64,000 nucleotides of DNA. Source: Lingula anatina (Eukaryota; Animalia; Brachiopoda). The stretch lies in contig CM120649.1 of the NCBI GenBank assembly GCA_051362555.1, positions 10,850,001 through 10,914,000 on the forward strand. Direction: 5' to 3'. Made by a program: the position numbers and the translations under genes. The notes below the pieces were generated by a model. It saw only the letters and a program-made list of their open reading frames with translations, was not told the DNA's origin and searched no databases. Shown piece after piece: positions 1 to 11,838 of the stretch (position 1 is the first letter of the stretch; every line of letters begins with the position of its first letter).

Positions 1-1490
1 ATCTCAGAATGGAAGAAATTGGACATTTAACACTGTTCTATTGATATTTTTCACATCTCATCAATTTTCTTAGTTGATCTTATAAAAATGGCAGTAACCT
101 ATTAATTTTGTTTTATGTTAAAAAAGTGTTAAAAATGGAAATAAACCCATTTCAGAACAGTGCAGTCTTGTTTACATTTTGGCATCTTTAAGTCGTGACT
201 TTGAAGTTCCATCGGCCTAAAAACCTTTGTTAGTCACGTTTACTATTTGTCCATGATACTAATATTTTATTATTAAAAATTGATGATCATTATGCTGTTA
301 AACATTATGTAATATTGCATCAAAATTTGAAAAAAACCTATTTTGGGTACTGCTCCCATGATGACCATTTAAGAAAAACCATGTCACTTAATGTTCTCAA
401 ACAGTACAGTTGATATGTACAGATGTGTCTGTACATATTGCCATCACCTGCGTCTGTCGTCGCCGTCGTTGCTGTCACTGTCGCTGTCGCCGGCGCCATG
501 CACTTTCATTGTAAACACGATAAGTGGAAGGCAGTTTTACTTTTTGGCTGTATATTTACAGAGCTGATGAATATTCATAAAATGCAGGTCAAGATCGAAA
601 ATCAGCATGATCGGGCCATTAATGTAGAAGTTATGCTTTTTTTTTCACTTTTCAGCATATATGCAACACTGTAAACACAATATAAGAAAAACAGATAGGC
701 CAATTGTCATTAAACTCACAGGAGTGGTCGTTCCTGCTAAAACGCAGGTTGAGTTCAAAAATCAGCATAATTGGGCCATTATTTTAAAGAAATGCAGTTT
801 TTTCACATTTCCTCAGATTTAATTCCTAGGCATGTAAACAGTTTCATTATTGAACTAATAAGATACGTAAAAGTGTTTGTTTGGCATTTCCTGCAATTTT
901 ACAACATTATTAGTTGATTATGTAAAAATGATTGTAAACTTGTTATCGTGTATTGTGTAATAAAGTTTCAAAAATGGAAATAAACTCATATCATTGCAGT
1001 TTGTCAGATTCAATCATTCACTATGTTCAGAATCTCAGAATGGAAGAGATTGGACATTTAACACTGCTCTGTTGATATTTTTCCCATCTCATCAATTTTC
1101 TTAGTTGATCATATAAAAACGGCAGAAAACTGTTAATTTTGTTTTATGTTAAAAATTGTTAAAAATGGAAAAAAAAACATTTCGGAACAGTGCTGTCTTG
1201 TTTTAAAAAAGGTGTTGAAAATGGAAAGAAAATCATTTCAGTACAGTTATCTCTTGATTACATTTTGGCATTTTGAAAGTGTGACTCTGAACTTCCATGG
1301 CCTTGAAGACCTTCCCAAATCACATTTTCTGAATATTCATGATACTTTTATTTTTTTATAAAAAATTTGATGGTCATTATGCTGTTAAGTATTATGTTTT
1401 ATTGCATGAAAGTTGAAGAAAACCCTATTTTGGACACTGCTGCCAGGATAGCGATTAAGGGAAAACCATGTTACTTACGATACTGAAACT
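1..1490. repeat. Degenerate ~1.03-kb-period direct repeat with Helentron/HINE-like internal sequence
   Basis: Bases 1-~400 recur at 1032-~1480 (ATCTCAGAATGGAAGA...AAAACCATGT). A GTC-rich tract lies at 450-495. Bases 535-620 have an inverted copy at ~3335-3417. Confidence 0.6.
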
Positions 1491-1723
1491 TAGTGAAAAG
1501 TTTCATAAGACAGAAGTGCGCAGCTTGTGTTTGAAAACCAGTGTGATTGTTTTCTGTTTTGGAGGCAATGCAGGTTTATAGAGTGCTATACTGGCATTTT
1601 CAAGTTGTGACTTATCACTCCCATCTGCCAGGAGCCCTGTACTCTTACTTTGTAACATTTTCTGTATTTTGTTAAGTTACAAGAATGATTCTTAGGATTG
1701 ACAAACAGCCAAAAAAAAAAAAA

Positions 1724-1825
<102 letters not shown>

Positions 1826-1915
1826 TGAGTTTAAGCATTTTTTTTTTGTGTGTAATTTTCACTGTACTTCATTCTGGCATTTCCAAAGTTTAACTCTTAT
1901 CAGCCTGACACCTTA

Positions 1916-2134
1916 GGGACTATTTCCAGACCCTATCACGCTAACTGTGGATCGATCTATCTCCATGGGAATTCTCGCTAAATTGCAATCAATGTAAGTG
2001 GCTTAGTTGTCTGTCACGCCTACTGAAACTGGCATGCAAGAATCCTAAGACTCTCAAACTGAAAGCAATTTAGTGAGAAACCCCTTGGAGTTGGATTGAT
2101 CCTGTTAGATTGATCTAGGTATGGGAACTTAGTC
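1916..2134. mobile_element. Diverged Harbinger-type MITE relative
   Basis: Shares the GATCGATCTAT...GGGAATTCTCGCTAAATTGC and GCAATTTAGTGAG...TATGGGAA blocks with 48444-48658. A partial copy lies at ~39836-39915. Confidence 0.55.
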
Positions 2135-4199
2135 TAATGCTTGATACACATTTTACTTTCATCCTAATCCAATGTTATGCAGAATAAGAATTTGATGTTG
2201 GCTATGCAGTTAAAGTAAGCATAATACATTAGTTCATCAGAATTGACAGTATCCTATTTCCTGCGTTTTTATTTTCTGGTTTTTGTCTGTACATTTGACA
2301 GCTTTGCTGCCTTGTTGTGGTTTACGTGGTTTTCAAACATTCATATGGAATCGTATGGATTTATTATATGTGTGTTGTTATTGTTGAGGTGCTTTATACG
2401 TTTCAATTTTTATTAGATTCGCCACAGTAAATATTTCTGCTCTTAGATCAACCTTAAGGCTGCAGACGGGGGAGGGGGTGGCAAGAATATCTTCCTAACT
2501 CACCAGCTTTTCATTTCATATCCTCATTTTATTAAAAAATTGTTACGTGAAGAGATATAACGCTTTCCTGAGCCTGTACTTTATACGCTAAAAACTAAAA
2601 CTCTGCGGGAAATGCACATGAAATGCACATGTGCAGACAACATGATCCGAAAACACCCTTAAACATAAACAGAAATGTGTCTCAAATTCTTGATATGTGT
2701 TTAATTTCCGAAAATATCCCAATTTACAAAATAATCACTACAACTATAGCACCTACCATGATTAAAACACTAGTTTGAAAACGAAGCAGGTACAAGTGTA
2801 TTATGAAATCCCAGATACATTCCTTCAGATGCTTCCATGCGCTTTGCCTCCGTTTCTTGTGAATTAACTTTGTTTAAAAAATGCTTCATTTTGAGGTTCT
2901 AGTTAGTTTTGACACTGGTAATAAAACTTAATCTGAGAAAAAAATTATCAAGCGCTGCATCTCTGTACGTAATTAAAGTAGATCGGATTTGATTCAGAGC
3001 TGAATATTCCAGGCCAAAAGATTGCTTCTGTCTACGCTCCTGTCAGTTCAGAGTTAATAATATAAGAGTTATATAAAACCCGTGCACAAATATGGATTCT
3101 TAAAATTAAATCTGAGGAAAAAACACTTTTACACATAAAAAAGGCATAACTTCACCAAAACTTAACCGATCAAGCTTATTTTCGAACTTAATCTGTATAA
3201 TAGTAAGACTGATCACCCCTGTGAATTTCAAGACAATTAGCCAATCGATTTTCCTTGAAATGTGTTATCATTGTTGCATATATGCTGAGAAAAGTGAAAA
3301 AAAAAACAAAAAAAACAGCATAGCCTTTATGAAAATGGCCCTATCATGCTGATTTTTTAACTTGGCCTGTGTATTATGAATATTCATCAGTTCTGTAAGT
3401 TTCAGCCAAAAAGTAATAATATCTAATGGTAACCTCAAATGTTTTACAATCCAGTGGTGTACGGTGAGGAGACCATGATATCAAATATGCATTATATAAT
3501 ATCAAATATGCATCCATTCAGTACTACTTATGGTATGATCACCTGAAATCATTATTATAAGCAGGCTGCATCTTCGATGCAACATTTTTTCTTAATAAAT
3601 AACTTAAGTTATAACGTTAAGTTGCGGGTCACCATTGTGAGTATAATAAATCCAAGGGGTTGCAAGTATTTGGAAGATTCTTTATAACCAGTTGTAAGGC
3701 TAAGTAAGGTAAATTTGAATAAAATTCAAACATACAATGATGGGGAAATAGTCGTGGACGCCTCAATTTATTGTAATGGTTGAATTTTCTTCTATAACTA
3801 TATTGAGTATTGTGTAAACTTGTTTACGTTTTCTAACCAGGTGATAAGACGGTGTTGTGAAAGAGATGCAATGAAGAATATTTACAAATGTACACGATAT
3901 TTTTAGTTCTAACAGCGCCATTTGTACGTGTACTGAGAAAAAAGTATCACACTTATCAGAGAAGAAAACAATAAACGATTTAATCTCACAGACCATGCAT
4001 TTTTCGTCTTGATCCCCCCTTCAATTTCTCACACACACACAAAAAAATAAATAAATAAATAAATAAATAAAATAATTTACACAAGTGATCCCCTCTTGAA
4101 ATTAGAATTCTGACTAGCTGAATCATAGTTCTAAACCGTACCAAATGGTAGGCCTACCTTTCGCCCTCTTAAATACCAAAAGTGGGACGTATACTATTA

Positions 4200-5280
4200 C
4201 CGTACATTGTTTTTTCTTGCATTTTCCTAAGTAGTGTGATCGTACATTATAAAGTTACCTTTAAGCACTTGTCTATGCTTGATAACTGTTTTTCCTCGGT
4301 GTTCACGAATTTGGCTATGACGGGTCTTGCGCCACCGATGTAACCTGGTATTCTGTGGATTCCCAGAATTGAGGTGGGGCTGATGTCCACATTTACCTTT
4401 TCCTTCGAGACGCGGCAGAGGTCCCTCTTTAGATTTTCTTTTGGTTTTTCCGGCCAGTTTAAAACCTTAATGTTGTTTTTCTGCGAGTACTGCTGGTTGT
4501 GGTTTGCCATTTGCACAGCTATTTTCGCCAAATGACTGATTTCTTTTAATTTGTCCAAAGTCTTCCTGTGTCACTGAATTGGTTGGAGAGTTTCACAAGC
4601 AGGGGTGCGTTTTCCAGATACAGGGAATCTATTTTCTCGTTCAGGAGGCTGAGTCTATCCGTCAATTATTGTTGCATTTCTTGCTTAAAATCCTCCTTCA
4701 GCGCCTGCTTTATTTCATGTTTCATTTGAATAATGGTTTCCTTTACGTCGGATTTTCTTATCGTTTCACTTTTTATCTCTGACAGAGTGGCTTGAATGGA
4801 TCGTAGTTCGTCAACAGTAATGCTTTCTGTTAAGTCCATGCTGTTTGATCTTGTTTCTTATTTTTCTTTTCTGGTCTTTTCCACTTGCATTGCTGCGTCG
4901 TAAACACGCTGGGGTCGAGTTGATTTTTACCTGTGCCAACTTATTTAGGGCTTTGTTCGCTCGGACTGGGGTAATTAGACGCCATTGTTACTTTTGTTCT
5001 GGATACAAATGGACTATTGTTGCCGATTACGTAAAGATAAGGACTTCTCAATCTTGGCAATCTTTTCTCATATGTGGACATAGAATCCAAGTGAATAATT
5101 TAAAATATACACGTTATATCAAGTGTTATCATGAATGAAGTATGTTACCTCATACAGAGTATCTTTGTTGTGACCCCAGTGTCTTTATCACTGTAATCAA
5201 TGTCCAAAGCAAGTTTATATTCACAGAAACAGCAGAGCGATCTTACAAGTATCTACACCGTACACATGTCACCGATCATG
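4200..5280 (-). mobile_element. Degenerate LINE 5' fragment (ORF1, L1-RBD-like)
   Basis: ORF 4247-4558 contains QYSQKNNIKV...IHRIPG...RPVIAKF, typical of LINE ORF1 RRM regions. A Lys-rich, interrupted segment lies upstream. No ORF2 seen; boundaries approximate. Confidence 0.65.
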
Positions 5281-5645
5281 ATTTATAAACAATGTTAATC
5301 CCTGTAACATTCACCTTGCTGAAATTGAAATAGGCATGCGAGTATCCGTGTTTCTTATTACGAATGTTGTCATTACACACCTGTGTGCACACCGTAAGGT
5401 TTTTTTCCTTCTGTGTAGTCGACTTTCCCCATCACAGCCCCCCTCCCCCCATGACGAGCCACAATGCAACAAAGCAGTCTACTCCCCCCCCACCCGACCC
5501 CCATTGCGAGCCCCATTTCATCTTAGTCGTCTCCCCCCATCACGAGCCCCATGCCATCTTTGTTGTCTCCTCCATTCCGGGCCCAATTAACCTTTTTTGT
5601 CTCCCCTCTCATCCCATGACGAGCCCCCCTTTCAAACACGCACGT

Positions 5646-5688
<43 letters not shown>

Positions 5689-5689
5689 C

Positions 5690-5860
5690 CAGGCCCGTAG
5701 CCAGCAATTTCAAAAGGGGGGTTCTTTTTTCTAAAAAAAGTGGACCTTTTCCCATAAAAACCTCATGTACCTAGTTCAAATTTTACCCAAAGTGGACCTT
5801 TTTCTAGCAAAAGGGGCGGTTCTTTCGAACCCCCCCCGAACCCCCCTGGCTACGGGCCTG
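5690..5860 (+). mobile_element. MITE with 15-bp TIR CAGGCCCGTAGCCAG and 5-bp TSD CTAAC
   Basis: TIRs at both ends; CTAAC at 5685-5689 and 5861-5865. Near-identical inverted copy at 33101-33269 and a fragment at ~7487-7545. Confidence 0.85.
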
Positions 5861-6729
5861 CTAACACACACACACATCTTAAAAAGCAAGCCGTTATACA
5901 AGCAGTGTGAAGATTCAATGTACGGGGATATCGAGGAGGGTGGTGGTGGTTATGCTATTACAGAAAAAAGGAGTGCAGTCCCCTTGAGCAGGAGCGTAAA
6001 ATACTAGTCACAGCAAGCGGTACATTTATGTGGTTCGTTCCACTCTGGTTTATCGACAACTAAATCAACAGGAAATGATAGTTGAGGATGAATCCTGTAT
6101 AATCGCGATAAAACCATGGGATTTAAAAACAAGTTCAGTTTAAAAATTAAAAATAGATGTCAGGCTTGATCTGTCTGTCCTAGGAAATGAGTGATAAGAT
6201 GAAAGATTACTGGGAATGCTATATTCCTGGAAAAATAGCATTTGAATTTGACTCATTTGTGAGGCCGGTTCGAATTCAAGAATGTGACTATAATTATTTT
6301 GGCAGAAATGATTTTCAAAAATTGCGTTTGATCACTATAAGAGGAAACTCATAGGTGCGGAGGGTGGGCGGTTTTCTCACGGGTCGGTAGCGTGCACGGC
6401 TGCCAAAGTCAATCGAAAGTGTACTGAAAAGTTTGAACATACCCGTGTCATTGTCCTCTACAGAATAGAGACAAGTTTTCCCTCTAGCAGGACCTCACAT
6501 TGATTTATGTGCATTTTTCTCCAGCGCCGGCAGAGAATCGTGCCGTGAATTACTCGGTTACATTGTTGTGAATGTCCAGTCTGCCGTGAAATGCATTTGT
6601 GACACTGGTAGAGGGTAAAAAATGTTGACTTTTGTGAGTAACGAGATGGAGATGTATCGTCGTATTTTGCCTTGGGTCAGACGGGAATTTAATTAAACAT
6701 TTTATCCATCAAAATAACTCAAACGTGAC

Positions 6730-6736
6730 CGTCCCT

Positions 6737-6780
<44 letters not shown>

Positions 6781-6803
6781 TTAACCTATTGCGCCTCAGA
6801 GAC
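6730..6803 (-). tRNA. tRNA-Asn (GTT), possibly a pseudogene
   Basis: Reverse complement GTCTCTGAGGCGCAATAGGTTAACGCGTTCGGCTGTTAACCGAAAGGTTGGTGGTTCAAGCCCACCCAGGGACG (74 nt) is nearly identical to the conserved animal tRNA-Asn. The invariant U8 is A and one D-stem pair is mismatched. A T4 run lies about 15 nt downstream. Confidence 0.85.
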
Positions 6804-7043
6804 CTGTATGCCTCACCTGAAGGCATTATTTAGCACCTGGCGGCTCTTTTGACGGCAGGTAGAATGAGATTTTATCTCACCATCGCTTAAGCCTTTATGC
6901 ATAAGGCCTCTGGTTTGATGATGACTTCTGATAAAGTGTCCTGTGCAGGATTTTCTACCAGCCTGTTTAATGAAATAGACTTTTTTTGTAAGTTTTTTCC
7001 AACACCACCATTGTTCCACATCAAACAAGTAATGTTTTGGTTG

Positions 7044-7416
7044 TTACCTCCGCCAAGGAGGTTATGTTTTCACACCTGTTTGTCTGTTTGTCTGACTGTC
7101 ATCAACATAACTCAAAAAGTTAAGGACCAATTTAGATAAAATTTTCAGGAACTTTCAGAAGTGGGCCAAGGAAGAGATGATTTTTTTTGGTAGTGATCCG
7201 GATCAATAATTAATCAATAATCAAAAATAAATCATCAACATAACTCAAAAAGTTAGGGACCGATTTTGATGAAATTTTCAGGGTAGGTCAAAAATTGGTT
7301 AACTTAGAAGTGATAAGATTTTGGTGGTGATCCGGATCAATAATCAATCAATAATCAATAATAATAAAAAATTGCTGCCTTGGCGGAGGTCTGCGCTCTG
7401 GGAGTGCTTTTCTAGT
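7044..7416 (+). mobile_element. Helentron-associated non-autonomous element (HINE/DINE-1-like)
   Basis: Subterminal inverted repeat CCTCCGCCAAGG/CCTTGGCGGAGG, a (CTGT)n-like tract, two tandem core repeats, a CTAGT 3' end and T-rich flanks. Confidence 0.75.
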
Positions 7417-8210
7417 TTTATTAAGAAATAAATAATTGTAAAACATATATTAATAATTTATTAATGGTAAACTAAGGTTTCATGGCAAAAGGTCCACATT
7501 TTCAGAAAAAGAACCCCCCTCATGCAATTGCTAGCTACTGGCCTGTGTACGGGGCAGTGTTCTACATGTATGTATTATGTCATTTACATCTATTTGTATT
7601 GTTATATTCAATGCGCACAGATCTTATACATATACTACTATAGTAACGTTGTATGAAAAGTTAAGGGCCTTCATACGTGACAAAAAAAGACAACCTACGC
7701 ATTTCGCGGTAACTAGTTATTACCTGAGAATAGCATACCAGTAAACATGTCAGACATCAACCTGACTTCATAACCTAACTCACAGGTGCGGCAGATGTAT
7801 ACGGTTACTCTCATTTCAACTAGTCTCGATTTCTGGGAAATACGATGGAACAGATTTCAGGCTATTTGAAATGTGAGGTTGTTTACGGTGTTGAATTTAT
7901 GTTTTTTCTAAGTGATAACTTGACAAGTTCTCAAATTCTTTTAGTTGATTCGTAGTATTTTTTTGTCGTGCTGGGGATAAAGAAGGCTAAATAGCGAGCC
8001 CCTATATATCAGCATGAATTACATACAGTGTGTACTAGTAGGCATGCTCTACCAGGGCTACGGAGATTATTTGTTCACTACATATTCACTGATATTACAC
8101 TCGCTATTTCTGTACTGTTCGACCAGAATCTTTAATTAAAAAAAATGACACCTTCACTCAAGTGACATCTTGCCTCGTTTTATTAATTTTTTTTAAAGAT
8201 TAAAATATTT

Positions 8211-8321
8211 TTCTGAGAACCGTGGGCAGTTAGAATTTTCACGGAGCCACATCAAAGAAATCGAGATGCACCTTGTTTTATAGAAACTTTTTCAAACAGT
8301 CACGACATAAGTGCTATATAA
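8211..8321 (+). promoter_or_regulatory. Proximal promoter of copy 1: TTCN3GAA motif and TATA box
   Basis: TTCTGAGAA at 8211-8219; TATATAA at 8315-8321, about 90 nt before the exon-1 donor AAG|GTGAGA (8411). Conserved in all three units. Confidence 0.6.
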
Positions 8322-8862
8322 GAGAGATAGGTTTACTTGTTTTCCATCTCTATTGTTCAACGATAGACATTCCCACCTGCAGATACTAGCGCCGGACGTT
8401 CCTTGTTGAAGGTGAGAGATTTTTTTTCGTGTTCGTATCGTGATACTTTTATCGGGCGTTTAAAACTTTACACTTGTAGTTGTTCATGTATACATGGGTT
8501 TGTATGCACTCTAAAATTAATACGTAACACGTTTATGCCGTCGGTGATTGAGACAAATTTGTCTCAGTTGTTGCCACCAATGTTACGTGACTCCACTATC
8601 AGTAGCTGGATGAAGCGCTAATGAAAGGTTTCTGAAATCTTAGCGTCGAAATTTTGTCGTTAGATTTAATTTTGATTACGTTGTCGACTGTTTTTTTTCC
8701 TTTAATGTTCACTATCAACTTATTCTTAGATATTTATTCAAAACACTTCATGTCAGTGAGTTTATGTGGTGATTGGATGTACTGTACGTCTCTCATAATG
8801 TGATCTAGAATAATGTTTTCCGATGAATCGATAAACTAAAAAGCTCCACATTGCAGTTCACC

Positions 8863-10008
8863 ATGAGGCTGTACCTTTTGATAGGACTCTTACTGGCCGT
8901 TGTAGCCATGATGGTCCAGGAGGGAGACAGTTGGCCCAGGATTCGCATCAGGCTTCCACGAATTCGTATTCGCGTAAGAAGGCAAGGAACTATTTTTGCT
9001 TATTTCTGAATTCAAAGTAATTTTCCATGCATGGAAATTGTGGTTAAAAAAAAGAGTAAAGAAAAATATCAAAACAACACATTTGGAAACAAAAGCAAAA
9101 ATACCATCTTGAAGAGAGTTTAAGTGATTTAGTGCACGTATTAAGTCAAAATAAATTAAACTACATGTACGTTTTATTTCCAGAGTCCTGGGGCGTGTAG
9201 TCAACTTTTGCAAGTCCCACCCAATCACTTGTTACAAAGTGGGGAAAGCGGCAGTAGTCGCCGTTGGTGACGTAAGTACACAAGAGAGAGAGAGAGAGAG
9301 AGAGATAAAGTAAACAATAAAGGAGAGAAAAGTGGGAGCTGTGAGACGGATGGAAAGAATAGGAAAATGAAAGGACGGTAATCAGAAGCGAGATACCATG
9401 ATTTTCAAGAAAAATCATATAATTTCAGGAAAATAAACTGCAGGTTATGATGAATGATCAGGACGGGGACGGCAAGATGGCTCTGCATGAGATGGAAGAT
9501 GAGGATCTGTTTGAGGAGCTCGACGCGAACGGTACGTTATAACATACAATATATTACAAATGACAAAAATAAAAGAAAAATGACGCCTTTTCTGTTGATG
9601 TACATACAATGTACATTGTAGTTTACGAAGTTATTCCACAATATCATGAGTAAAGCAAACAACGTCAGTGAAGCAAACATTTTGTGCTACACAATATGTG
9701 CATTTTATTACTAAGCTATATGTACCAGGTATATCACTTAATTTTTTTCTTTCAATATTGGAGGTTACTGTAGAACAAGGCAGAGAAAAATAGTGTGACG
9801 TGTCACCATTAAGCAAATTTTTCTCAAAACTGTGAAGTGACTCATCTTTACGCCAGATGTCTTAAAAGTGGTAAACGAAGGGCTAAGTTGATGTCATGGG
9901 TATATAAACGTGATAGCTCCCTTCTTCTTTCTTATTTTAGACGACGGATTCGTTGACCAAAAAGAGCTGGACAATCTCCAGGAACATTTTAATATGATAA
10001 CAGGTCAG

Positions 10009-10090
<82 letters not shown>

Positions 10091-10388
10091 AAACAAACAC
10101 GCAGGCACGTGCAGACGCACGCACACACGTGGGTTGGCTATATTAGTTACAGAATATATCCATCGTCCAAGTTACTAGCCCATTTCTTTAATTAATCAAG
10201 TTTTCTTTGCACCTTTGCACAGAAAAATGGTTATGTGAACTACAGAATTTTTGTACAACCCCATTTAAAACAGTCTTTCTATTCCAGCTCTGACCCAGGG
10301 TCACTCCTCGGATGATGACCAGCTGGACGATGAGCTGGACGAGAAAGAACTCGCTGAACTTAAAGCTCTGCTCAGCAATCAGCCTTAA
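8863..10388 (+). CDS. Secreted cationic-peptide/EF-hand precursor, copy 1 (157 aa; putative antimicrobial peptide precursor)
   Basis: Coding exons 8863-8981 (GC donor), 9184-9271, 9429-9531, 9941-10003, 10288-10388; phases 2,0,1,1 join into one frame. Protein: MRLYLLIGLLLAVVAMMVQEGDS/WPRIRIRLPRIRIRVRRVLGRVVNFCKSHPITCYKVGKAAVVAVG/DENKLQVMMNDQDGDGKMALHEMEDEDLFEELDANDDGFVDQKELDNLQEHFNMITALTQGHSSDDDQLDDELDEKELAELKALLSNQP. Non-coding exon 1 ends 8411; 3'UTR exon starts 10913; AATAAA at 11023-11028. The same structure is present in all three paralogs. Confidence 0.85.
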
Positions 10389-11765
10389 AAGGTAATATAT
10401 TATGAAGATATATTCTATGCACTTAAAATATGCATTTACAGGTATATAACCAATAAGTAAGAATCTGTAAATGTAGTTCATGGATTATCTTAAATTAAGG
10501 ATATATATAATAGATAGATCCGCTGTGATGAAATTGAAAGAATAACAATGCTGAATAACCAAAAATGTGTGATAGGAAACCTGTTACATGCTCGCGAGGA
10601 GGGGGAGGGGAGGGGGAAGGGGGGTTACCAAACAAAATGGTGGCAGCAGCCATCGCCATCGCATTTCACAAAACTGAAGAGAATACATACTCTGGGTCCA
10701 TAAACCATGTTACGTTATACTCTATTTCACCATTCTCCCACAATACCCACTTTGAGACCTTCCTATACAGGCAAGGGATTGACTTTCTGAGTGCACTTGA
10801 TTTCTGGGGTGGGGAGGGGGGGGGGTGTATGTCTTCATCAATGCGTATTTAATATTCATTCAAACATCAAATTAGCAAAAATGTTTGTATAATCTCTCAT
10901 ATTCTTTTTCAGATACAGATAGGAGATTCAAGTCTGTCATTTTATTAAATGAGATTTATTTCTGTCATTTGACGTCTTTGGACATTGAGATTGCTGTAAA
11001 CCAGACGCATTCTGACACTGGAAATAAATCATATGATATCATCGTTTGTTGTTCATAGGGTATTGATTTTTAAAATACAGATGCACGCAGTAAAATGACA
11101 TCTATGGAGTCAGCCAACAGCTGTCAATCATGAAGTAAAGAGTTGCACTAATGCCATATCTTTTCACCCGATTTAAAAACCGCGAAACAATATAATGACA
11201 ATGCGATCATGGGCAGAACATAGTTCACGATGAATTAATGTTAGCCATATTTCAGTTTTAACATCCGACTTCAATCTTTTTAAATTTAAGGTAAAAAATG
11301 ATATCACAAATTTGCTCTGATACTTAGTTATCGCTCCTGTATCTATATGAATTCCGCGATTTATACTTGAAACCTTCAAGTGAATCTGTGCCTTTTACTC
11401 AATGACTATTTGGAATTTATATCACACCATTGATTTTTTCTTTGTTTTTTTCCTTATAATATACTTCTTTTGTTCAATGTAACATACAACTCAAATCGAA
11501 TAAAATATGCCTCCCCTGGTACGTACATGAACAAGTGCCTAGGGCTAAGTGCCGAGGTTAACGGTGACCTCGTTGCAGATTATCCGGACAGTTTCACTGG
11601 GTGAAATACAGCTAGTTCATCTTCTTTTTTCCCTATGGCCGTCGTCTCCCATTATGAATATGAACTTCAGATTTGCCATCTTTCTGTCCTCATTTAAAAA
11701 ATAATTCCCTGCATCTGTACCTTCTACTTCAACTAAGGCAAATCCAAATCTAAAGCACATAACGA

Positions 11766-11838
11766 TAATTAAATTAAATTAAATTAAATTAAATTAAATT
11801 AAATTAAATTAAATTAAATTAAATTAAATTAAATTAAA
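11766..11838. repeat. (AAATT)n pentanucleotide microsatellite
   Basis: About 14 perfect units; only 1-2 units at the paralogous sites near 19821 and 31747. Confidence 0.95.

Noticed and set aside
8890-10481. - strand ORFs over the array genes (also 29038-30299)
   Set aside because: Antisense to real exons and microsatellites; the frames are not consistently conserved across the three units.
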